A DNA stretch of 63,456 nucleotides, counting the filler, from Licmophora abbreviata (taxonomy: Eukaryota): assembly GCA_900291995.1 (NCBI GenBank). It is 9 parts of 9 records of this genome, joined end to end, with 100 filler letters (N's around TTAATTAATTAA, not from the genome) between each part and the next. Parts side by side here need not be neighbours in the genome. Positions count along the whole stretch, not along the records: positions 20,141 to 34,464 come from OLMU01000004.1; 8 more parts are not named here. One strand, given 5' to 3'. The notes under the pieces are model-generated. The model did not search any database and was not told the origin of the DNA. It saw nothing but the letters and a program-made list of their open reading frames with translations. Position 1 is the stretch's first letter. The number at the start of each line of letters is the position of its first letter. Below are positions 23,167 to 32,911 of this stretch, one piece after another. The position numbers were made by a program, and so were the translations under genes.

Positions 23167-24210
23167 ATGGGACGTTTTTCTCGCGACAAGCGCGATGTCT
23201 TCTATAGAAGGGCAAAAGAAACTGGCTACCGTGCTCGCTCTGCGTTTAAGCTGCTGCAACTGGATGCAGAGTTTGATCTATTTGGCAGGAAAGCTGGGCT
23301 ACTAGAAGTCAAAAGAGCTGTTGACCTGTGTGCTGCGCCTGGTAGCTGGAGCCAAGTGTTGGCGGATCGGTTGTTGTATGCGAAGCAAAAAAATGGGAGC
23401 GAGACGGGCAGTGAAGAGATACTTGACCTTGAAGTGAATTCCAAAGTTGACAACCTAGCGGCAACAGAAGCGGCCGATGACGGACCCAGGATTGTCGCAG
23501 TCGATCTTCAGCCGATGGCACCGCTGGATGGCGTACACTGCATTCAGGGAGATATCACATCGCTGGATACGGCAGAATCTATTATCACGCACTTTCAAGG
23601 CCGACGAGCGGAGCTTGTAGTCTGTGATGGAGCTCCTGATGTTACTGGACTGCACGATATTGACGAGTATATACAAAGCCAGTTGCTGCTCAGTGCCGTG
23701 AACATTACGACCCATGTTCTTTGTCCCGGGGGAACGTTGGTTGCCAAGATCTTTCGGGGGAGAGATGTCGGACTCTTGTATTCACAGCTGCGACTACTAT
23801 TTGATCGCGTCAGCGTTGCCAAGCCAAGCAGCTCTCGAAACTCGTCAATAGAGGCCTTCGTAGTGTGCCAGAACTTTGTGGGGGAGCCGTACCTCAACCT
23901 GCCACTCGAGGGCGGGTGGGATGCCGATGCTCCTCTTGATATGCGAGGGGCTGGTTGTCTTCGAGAGGGTAACAAGGAACTTCATCCTTCAATTGTGCCG
24001 TTCATTGCATGTGGAGATCTGACAGGGTGGGACTCCGACGCCTTGGGAGTCCTCGATGCAGACAAGAGCTACCCATTGGATTTTCCCCCGGGCACGGAGA
24101 ATACAGAAGGCGTCAAGTACATTCCGCCAGTTGCTCCTCCGATTCGACCACCTTACGAGACAAGCATGGCGAAAGAGCGAGAAGAAAAGGCTGGTCGATC
24201 CACATCGTAA
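23167..24210 (+). CDS. TRM7: tRNA (Cm32/Gm34) 2'-O-methyltransferase (FTSJ1/Trm7)
   Basis: [87 protein letters not shown]. Confidence 0.95.
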   Translation: MGRFSRDKRDVFYRRAKETGYRARSAFKLLQLDAEFDLFGRKAGLLEVKRAVDLCAAPGSWSQVLADRLLYAKQKNGSETGSEEILDLEVNSKVDNLAATEAADDGPRIVAVDLQPMAPLDGVHCIQGDITSLDTAESIITHFQGRRAELVVCDGAPDVTGLHDIDEYIQSQLLLSAVNITTHVLCPGGTLVAKIFRGRDVGLLYSQLRLLFDRVSVAKPSSSRNSSIEAFVVCQNFVGEPYLNLPLEGGWDADAPLDMRGAGCLREGNKELHPSIVPFIACGDLTGWDSDALGVLDADKSYPLDFPPGTENTEGVKYIPPVAPPIRPPYETSMAKEREEKAGRSTS

Positions 24211-24706
24211 GGCTCGATGCGCAGCCCTCCAAATGTGAGAACCATGTGCAGATTGCGACAACGCGCGACTGAGATTTACAGGGAAGATTGTTTCACGATA
24301 GCTTCCTTCGTTTTGTTTTCCCGCGCAAGAATGATGTTTCCATCAAACCTCTGCTCCTCGCCGAACGACTGACGATCGTGCATTGTTTGTCGGACGTACA
24401 TATGTATATGCTCACAGACATGTTCGCACCGTCGTTTTTGAAATCCAGAAGCCCGAAACTCCTGTTCGCCCTAGCGTACGACAGAAACAGGTACGATTCA
24501 ATGTCCCAGCGCCTTCTACACATCACTCAATATGCGCGGCTAAGTTCTACGGGGAGGCTGGTTCTCTGGATCCAATGTGTCTTCTTCGTTTTGATATCCA
24601 GCGCAAGAAGAACGCGTCCACTTTGCCCTTGGTCATCGTGATTAAATCGACGAGCAAGCTTTACCATTGGATCCACATCGTGACTAACGCCTTTTGTTTT
24701 TCGGAT

Positions 24707-26804
24707 CTACGAATTAAACAGCCTAGTGTACAGCCGATCATGAGCATTTGCAAGGACCTCCACTAGAGGAGCCGTCTGGTGCGCCGATGCTGGAGGGATC
24801 CATCGAGTCGCCTGGCCTGCGGTGGCCTCCATATGCTTATCCATGATGTCATCAATCTTTCGACATAGCGCATTGATGATCCTTCCGCCTTCCAAAGGTC
24901 CCAGTATATTCATTCGAACTGCCGCGTTGATCATGTCTCGAGCGGTTGTATAACAAAACATGGAAGCGCTCATCGCCGGATCCACACCCACAAGGCCGCA
25001 GACTGCCCCAAAAGAGGTCGCACCATGGCCACCTGATCCTTTGAGTGCACACTTTCGCATCAGACTGAGGATAGGCTCAATGTGAGGAAAGACTCGCGAA
25101 AATGCGCGCAGCGTGCCAGAGCCTTGCAACCGTGATGCCCGGGACGCTACCTGCGATGTCGTGTTGACGGCTAGCTCAAGGTCAAGCTTTGCCCACAACT
25201 CCACAACGTGTCTTACTTCATGGGATATCGGAACAAGAGAATCCTCAGATATGCCTTCACGAAGCTCGTGAAAGAGAAAGCACGCTCGAAGCAAGAAGGG
25301 GACTTGCGACGTGAGTGTCTGCAACAGGACATCAAATGTGTACTCCTGCAAAGAGCTTGCGTCTACAAGCTGAAGCTGCACAGCTGCTTCGAGCGTATTG
25401 CTATGCGCAAAGCCGCCAGTGGGAGCGCTGGAGTCTACGAGCTGGTACAGTGTCGACGGCCGGATGGCAGCCATTTCGGCTTTTGCGTACCCAGGATCCG
25501 AAGTTTGTATCTCCTCGTCGTACTCACGTCGAGGTAAGGACTGCCTTATCATGTTGATAGAAAGCTGCATGATGACGTTTTGTCAGAGCAAAGTTGTAAA
25601 TTTGTTCTCGCGGTTGCGGATGGCGACACATGAACGTACCTCTCGTCTTCTCGCATTCTCATTGACGGGTCGCTCCGACCTCGCTTGAGACCTGTTCGCT
25701 CCACACCTCGAAACCAGAATCTCCATGAAGGGATCGTCACTTAGCTGGTCATTCAATGTGCCTACATGCTTCGACAAGAAAAGCGCTATAGAAAGACGAG
25801 ACAGTGTGAGGGAGACGATCGAGATGACCATAAAGCGTTGTAGTGCCTCCTGTATTCCGAACGTACCTGCTTGTTCGACAGACTCGGAGGCTATCCGTAG
25901 CAGCACTCCATCAGGTTGGCCATGCACAGTCCGAAACATTCCACACGAGACGATGAAACCATCTCGATTCAACCCATCGCCTTGATCGGGATCGAACGAA
26001 TAGGAGTTGCGGGAAGCGTACTCTTCCACAAGCCGATCTGCCACATCTTTCACCAGCGGACCAACCAACACGACGGCGGCGACGACTTGAAAGTGACGCA
26101 TGTGGCGCTGCAAACCGACTCCTCCTGACAAAATGGATGCATCTCGAAAGAACCTGGTCGTTCCATTCGTACCCTCATACGAGACTGTCGTGACTGTCTC
26201 CAGCGACTCCATCTGCCATCCACCGCTGTCCAGATTCCGCCGTCCTCCTGTATACCAGTCTAAAAGAAGCAGCGATGAATCCGTTGCCATCGTGACGTTT
26301 GTCGATTGCTTTACTCTCGAGCCTCGAAAACACTGCGTTGGCTGTGGTGCCCATACCAGTAGACCGCCCGGCAGTATTCGAGCGTCTGAACGAAGCTCCG
26401 CATCGGGTCGATCCATGCGGGCACGAAAGGCCTTGCTCGTCGACTGAGAGGTCACCACAAGGGAAGCCTCCTTCTTGACAGTGACGTCCAAAAAGATGCT
26501 GTCACCCGATACCAATCCACCGCCATACCCCAGAAGGTAGCAACAGAGCGCCTACAGACGAGAAAATGAGCGGGATGAGACGACTATGAGCCTCAGAAGC
26601 CAAAGGAAAGAGGACCCGATCCCAAGTCAAGATCCGCATGTTACGCACTTTGCGCTTTTTGTCAATTGAGTACACCTCCTGTTGGTCAGGCATTACATGG
26701 AGTCGAAGAGGATACGTCGCGCGCAGTTCCGAGGCGACCATTGCACCATCGGAAGCGCGACGCTCAACCGTCAAGCGTCCTCTGCTGCGTGCTCCCTCTT
26801 TCAT
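24707..26804 (-). CDS. ureD-ureF: Urease accessory protein, UreD-UreF fusion, 4 exons
   Basis: complement(join(24707..25564,25640..25785,25867..26551,26649..26804)), 614 aa. UreD motifs TYPLRL, YLLGYGGGLVSGD, TSQSTSKAF, LLLDWYTGGR; UreF motifs LYQLVDSSAPTGGFAHSNTLEAA, ASRLQG, AAVRMNILGPLEG and C-terminal HDRLYTRLFNS. Confidence 0.8.
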
Positions 26805-27183
26805 ACTGAGAAACCTTTAGAGATATGCCTAACGTCAAACGATAGAGATCGCCCGCCCGACCGAATTGGTGATCACCAGCACTGTGTTGCTGACTCTTTT
26901 CTCCTTTTGCTGTGGCTGGTCAACTTTTCGGCTCGGCACACCATCTTTTTCGCAAAGCATCACTCTCTCTCACGAGCTTCGCTCGATAGCTCGCACGGAA
27001 GATATCGGATCAGAACATTTTGCCAATCGGACTTAACTGTCTCGATTCTCGATTGACTCCTTGGATCCCACCCAAAGGACCTCGTTTCTTGTATGATATT
27101 ACTCATATCAAAATTCACCTTAGCTGTTAAACAATCATTGCAATCAGGATGGAAATCGCTTATGATACGAACCAACAGGTCGA

Positions 27184-28176
27184 CTAAGATAGGGTTACCG
27201 CCCGTATCCGAGTACCAACGCCAAAGTCGTCAGCTCCATGAATAGCTAGCTCTGCACTTTTGGACTGGCATTTGACAATGACTACGTCTGTGCCCGACAT
27301 GGCGATCGAAACAGCCGCCCCCAGCTTCGTCTCAAGTCCTCCTGTCACATCGTGTTCATGAGAGGAACCTGAAGCCGTCACCTCCGTCAACACTTGTCCC
27401 GTTTCTCGCTCGACTTGTATCGTTTCTAGTAGTTCCGCATTCGGATCAAGCTTTGGGTCCGCAGTGAAGACGCCATCAACGTCAGTAACAAAAATTGCTC
27501 TGGAGACCCACGGCAGACGCCCCAGCGCCTCCATTATGGTATCCCCACTAAGAATTCCAGCGACACTAGATGTTTGAACCAAACATGCATCGCCATGCAA
27601 AACGGGAACCAAGCCTGATTGTACCGTCTTTTGAATAATTCTAGCTAGATCGAACATGTCGCCATCGCCATGTGTCAGAGCACCGAAACAGGGCGATATT
27701 CCTACCGCCGGAATGTTTTGTTCCACCAAACTCTCTACGACAAGATTATTTAGTGTCTGGACGGATAACCTAGTCTTGGCGACTCCATCCATGGCGTGGC
27801 TATATCTTACGGGGTCATATCCACCCTTTCTGCTAGAATTCTGATGATCGACCGTGATCCCGGCCAGAGAGTAGTCTTTTGCCTGGAAATGGCCATAAGA
27901 GCCAGCTCCATGAACTAACACATACCGATAACTTGGAAGGCAAACATCGTGCGTAGATTCATCTTCGTGACACGTTTCATTCATCTTCCAGGTCGAGGCC
28001 AGTGTGCGCCCGATCCAGTTTACCGCATCAGCACGCAGTGTCTCTTTTCGTGCCTTGTCTGTGATGGAAGATCCACCGACTTTAACGAGAATCACGGGCC
28101 AATTGGACGACGAAATACTGGCATCAGAAATTGGGAGCAGCAGTATAGAGAGGAACAAAGCAGCTGACAAGCACAT
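27184..28176 (-). CDS. IPK: Isopentenyl phosphate kinase (amino-acid-kinase fold)
   Basis: LVKVGGSSITDK, VLVHGAGSYGH (IPK-diagnostic His), VPVLHGD, ILSGD, TDVDGVFTADP, DVTGGLETK; hydrophobic N-terminus from ATG 28176. Confidence 0.88.
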   Translation of the reverse strand: MCLSAALFLSILLLPISDASISSSNWPVILVKVGGSSITDKARKETLRADAVNWIGRTLASTWKMNETCHEDESTHDVCLPSYRYVLVHGAGSYGHFQAKDYSLAGITVDHQNSSRKGGYDPVRYSHAMDGVAKTRLSVQTLNNLVVESLVEQNIPAVGISPCFGALTHGDGDMFDLARIIQKTVQSGLVPVLHGDACLVQTSSVAGILSGDTIMEALGRLPWVSRAIFVTDVDGVFTADPKLDPNAELLETIQVERETGQVLTEVTASGSSHEHDVTGGLETKLGAAVSIAMSGTDVVIVKCQSKSAELAIHGADDFGVGTRIRAVTLS

Positions 28177-28301
28177 TGTATAGTCGTTCACTCTGAACTT
28201 TCTTATGTGATGTTGCTGTTTAATGTTTGTGACGACGATTGTTTTCAAGTAATTTCGGCGCGCCTCACAGATCAGCGCCTCGCGGCCAGACGGCATCAAG
28301 A

Positions 28302-28346
28302 ACTCGACTGACTCGACTCGACTGACTGACTCGACTCACTCGACTG
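28302..28346. repeat. GACT/GACTC/CACT low-complexity tandem array (left arm of a 22-bp inverted repeat)
   Basis: actcgactgactcgactcgactgactgactcgactcactcgactg; 28320..28341 is the exact reverse complement of 30165..30186. Confidence 0.85.
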
Positions 28347-28664
28347 GTTGAGGTTGAGTTCAAATCACACACAGCAAACTCACAAGCCGTGACTTGCCTA
28401 AAAAATAATAGAATAAAGACCTTGCGTTGTGTACTTTATCTATTATCAAATAACGTATTATTAATAAAAATTTTCTGCATGTGTGAACCATCCAGTGACT
28501 CCCGTAGATTTTTTTCAAAAGTGCGCCAAGCACTGCAATGGAGCACCTTAACGGTTTTGACAGTATCTAATACATACACGACTTGATGTAGTATGATCGC
28601 TGAACGGCGATTTACCTTCCAAACACCAAACAGTACCACAAAAACACCAAATTGAACTTTCACC

Positions 28665-29626
28665 ATGATGGCCTTTACGAACGCTCGTTTGGTGGTTGTT
28701 ATCATCCTTGCGACTCTCGCCTTCAGCCAGGGCGACGTCAGGGGGCCCAAGGGTCACCGCCGTGGCGATGCGATCGAGTTTACGGACCCTTTGATGGCTT
28801 ACAACGTGGTAAGCCAGATTCGGAGGTGGCATGAAGTCGTGGTGGTCTAGCCGGCGCGCAACTCTTACCCTCTCGTTCCTGTTCTTCCGATCCAGGAATC
28901 AAAAGGAAAAAAAGGAAAAGGAAAAGGTGGTTCCAAGGGATCCAAGGGATCGAAAGGATGTGGATGCGATTGTGATTGTGGCGGTGACGGAGGCGGCGGC
29001 GGTGGTGGCGAAAGCCCGGTAGGTCTAAGCGTGCCCAGTCCATGCCGGGACTGCACTGACGTACCCAAGCACAAACCGTCAATGAAAACTCAACCCCTGA
29101 CTTTTCTCCATTTCTCTGACTCGCACAGTCTACAGCGATTCAGAGTGCCGCTTGTGGAACATGCCTCGCCCGAGGCGGACAGAAATCACTTGTTCCACTC
29201 GTCTTTGACATCGTCGCGAGCGACTGTCGCGAGGCATACAGGTTGTTTGGCCCTGAACGTTTGTCGTGGAAGGAAGATCCTGTTGGCACCGGAAGTGATG
29301 TGATCCGACTCAGAAACGAGGGACTGATTACCGACGAATTATGCGTCTTTGCCAACGCGGCTTGCGACGACGTCGAACTTCGTCGCTGTGTGACTCGAGC
29401 GAATCCTGATTACGAACTCTCCTTGTGGACTGCTAGCACCTGGGAGTACATCAGTTACGGTTGTGTTCTCCGTGGCAACCCCCCAAGTGTTATCCGCATG
29501 AATGGTGTAACATGCGACAAAGTCGCACTTTCGACTCTTCCCCTGCAAGATTCATTGGGGACGGCCAATGGGACAGCTTCGTTGTTCGTCCAGGTTGACC
29601 CCAACTCCGTCAATCTTCTCTTCTAG
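28665..29626 (+). CDS. Secreted protein with a Lys/Gly/Ser-rich cluster, CxCxCxC, poly-Gly linker and Cys-containing C-domain, 3 exons
   Basis: join(28665..28808,28896..29018,29129..29626), both introns GT-AG phase 0, 254 aa; signal peptide MMAFTNARLVVVIILATLAFSQG; exon 2 = ESKGKKGKGKGGSKGSKGSKGCGCDCDCGGDGGGGGGGESP. Confidence 0.72.
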
Positions 29627-30157
29627 AGAAGACAGGACGACCAATAGTTTCTTGTTCTTATTGTCGTCACCCATTTGGTTGAAGAGAGAACAAAGAAACA
29701 GGAACGTTCTCGTCACCATGCATGTCCAGCGGTATACATACAGTCTACAGTAGCAACAGCGAATATGGATGGATAACTTAGTAGCAGTAGCTTTATCAAA
29801 TTTTTCATGTTACTTGATAGCAACCATTCTCATAGTTGACATACGGGCATGGTACAAACTGGAGAGACGTGAGAAGCAAGCGACCGGGTACCAGATATGA
29901 AAGGCTTACAACACGTTGTGGTTGCATTCTCGTGTGTCGTACGATACTGGTAAATAGAAAATTCGTCGACTATATTACCAAGCAAACATGACTTCGGTAC
30001 GATGACATGCGTGTGCCTAATTGCCTTATCACTACTGCCGGAAGTCAATGTCTATCCACATGGCGAGTGGCGCTCGAGGAATGGAAAAAGACTATGCTGA
30101 TGCCTTCCTAGAAACTAGAAACGGAGTACGTTATCAACAAAAAAGACGTGAAAAATT

Positions 30158-30186
30158 GTCGAGTGAGTGAGTCGAGTCAGTCAGTC
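30158..30186. repeat. GAGT/GAGTC/CAGT array (right arm of the inverted repeat)
   Basis: gtcgagtgagtgagtcgagtcagtcagtc. Confidence 0.85.
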
Positions 30187-30621
30187 TGCTTGTTTCTCGT
30201 AAAGGAAGTTGCGGTCTGTCACCGTACGGTACTGTTCACAGGCAGCTTCGCATAGGCAGGAGGAACAAACCACAACATGAACAAAATTGGTAGAAACGCT
30301 GGGTCGTGAACGCTAGAGCCCCCGCCGGCAGGGCCGCCCGTCACTATGGACAAAACCCCAAAACGAAAGATACGTCGCCGCGCCAAAATCTACTATCCTC
30401 AGCCATCCGCACACCGTCGCTTCTCCAGTTCTGCTTCCCTACTGCATTCATCCCCGCCTCACTCTAGTTTATATCCGCCTACAAGTATTGTGGTTTCCTT
30501 CTGCTGCACAGAAGAACGATCACCCCTGAGAAAAGTCGACTCACCTTCCCACGCCCGGATTATTTCGAATCGTGTTTCGAACAGTAGCCTCTTTCACAAT
30601 ATAGAAGTTGAGACTGCTACC

Positions 30622-32806
30622 ATGACGAGGAAGAGATCAGACACGTTAGCCTCCCTGGCTTCGTTGACTCTGATGATCTCTCTGACCTTGTGCGTCTCTC
30701 AGTGGCACTCGTCCACCAAATCCGTGTCATTCTTAGGTAGCCCTCGTTCGACGAGGCACGACCGTCACTTGCTAGGACTGAAGCTGGACAGCGAGCCGAA
30801 CCCCATTACGGACGACGCCACTCGCGACGATGTCTGTAAGGAGTACCTCATGAATTTTTTGAATGGCACGACGGATGCACGGGACGAATGCGACGGCATG
30901 CTTCATGCCTACCAGGCGGCGGACTGCGCAGACGACAAGACTGTCGCGAAACTGATGAAACGACGACACTGGCACCCTGATGGCAACGTGACGGATGACG
31001 ATGTGTTGATTGATGACTTCTATGAAAACTGGGAGTGCTGCTCGTCCATCTATGAATACTACTCGCTCCACTGCCATGAACCAGAGCTGGCGTCCTTTCA
31101 TCTGCTGGGAATTGTATCGGTGCTAGTGTTGTGTGGACTTGTCAAGTCGCTGCTGAGAACCTTCAAGCTGGAATGGATCCCTGATGCCGGAGCATGTATC
31201 ATAGTTGGTGCAGTTGTCGGTGGAACACTAAAAATCATCAGCCCCGAGTGTACGTGACGAGAAATCGACTGTCCTGCTCGTCAAATACCTCACTAACATG
31301 ACTGATATTGTCTCGTCTACCTTCTGTTTCCTTGGTGCAGTGATCGACGAGAACCTATCCTTTTTCAATAACAACCTTTTCCTACGAATTCTTCTTCCCC
31401 CCATTGTGTTTCAGTCTGCGCTTACCATCGACAAGCGGGCCTTCCGGCGAGATTTGTTTCCGATATTAACGTTTGCCGTACTCGGAACCTTTCTCAGCTC
31501 CATTTTAGTCGGCTCCATGACGCACGCACTGTCTTCGCTCGGAAGTGGTACTACTCTACCCATGCTCGATTCTCTCTTGTTTGGCTCCCTGATCTCATCA
31601 ATTGACCCCGTAGCGACGTTGGCAATCCTGTCGGGGGTCGGAGTAAGCCAGACAGATACTCTGTACACTCTCATTTTCGGGGAGAGCCTCTTGAACGACG
31701 GCGTGGCAATCGTTTTATTTGACACCTTAGTGGGCCACTTAAAGGATGGTGCTGTCATTGATCGGCATACTTTACACGAATCGCTGCTTAAGTTCTTCCA
31801 GATGACCCTTGGGTCTATCGGCATCGGAATTCTGAGTGGAATGGTGTGTACTTTGTACTTTTGGACACTCCGGCGTAAGCATGCGGCAGTGGTGGAGGTC
31901 GCCATCTTCTTTTGCTGGGCGTTGATTCCTTATTACATAAGTGACGGTCTTGACTTGTCTGGCATCATGGCCATCATGACGATGGGCTTCTTCCTTGATT
32001 ACTTCGTCCTCGGTGGCGGTCAATCGGAGGAAGAGCAGTGGATGGACTACATGGAATTTCGAAATAGAACCATCGGGGCTTCGGCATTTCGATGCAATCC
32101 CATCCGATTAACGAAGGACCTCGTCAAAGCCTTTCGCGGGCAAGGACATCTGTCGAACAGATCACGCCAGCATGTTGGCTTTGTTGCGGAGGTGATTTCA
32201 TCGGTCTTTGAAATGGCAATTTTCGCCTATCTTGGACTGTTTCTCTTCAACGACAAGAATGTTTGGGATGTTCGACTGAACTCCATCGCAGTTTTTGGAT
32301 GTTTGATTAGTCGAGGATTAATTGTAGTGGTGCTTGGGGCACTCATAAACTTTTTCATGTGGCTCGACGTGCAAGGCTGGTTGTCGCGATGCTGTTCGAG
32401 CGTACGAACGCTCGAATACGCTGACGACAACGACGATGCTACATCCCAGGGCTCGACTGCGCATGTCTATCTGGATCAAAAGACTCAACAGATTATATTT
32501 CTGGCCGGAGTTCGAGGAGCTGTCTCATTTGCATTGGTGGAGAATATTCCGATCTACGATGTTGTGAGGAAGGAAGGCTGCGAGTTCAAGGCTGAACTGA
32601 AGAATATGACTTCGTGTTCGATCTTGTTCACCGTCTTCGTCTTTGGGGCGCTCACCCACTTTCTGATACAACGCGAGAAGGAAGAAGACAATACAAGAGG
32701 GTCTATTCTCGTCGGAGGGCCTCTTGCCCACAGACTTCTCAGTGCTCCGCTACTTTCTGACGACGATCGCAGCGAGGGAAGTTCGGATGCTCTTGACTCG
32801 GGGTGA
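30622..32806 (+). CDS. Na+/H+ exchanger (CPA1, NHX/NHE8-like), 2 exons
   Basis: join(30622..31249,31341..32806); FLRILLPPIVFQS, ILTFAVLGT, FGSLISSIDPVATLAI, LIFGESLLNDGVAIVLF, FAYLGL, AGVRGAVSFAL. Confidence 0.92.
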
Positions 32807-32911
32807 TCTTTGACCATTGTGGATATAGTGCAGAAATAGCTCCACATTGCTTATATATCTGTTGCAACTGAAGTCATTACCGTGCTAGTCTAAGTCTGTC
32901 GGATCAGCCCC

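Noticed and set aside
24288..24766. Small ORFs between the convergent TRM7 and ureF ends
   Set aside because: Non-ATG starts and no domain features; likely 3' UTR or intergenic sequence.
22361..26804. MOCS2B and urease accessory genes as a nitrogen-cofactor cluster
   Set aside because: Separated by the unrelated TRM7 and on opposite strands; proximity is expected by chance in a compact genome.
28302..28346. Possible CRISPR or telomeric repeat
   Set aside because: No spacers, irregular 4-5-nt units, not TTAGGG-like, and the context is eukaryotic intergenic DNA.
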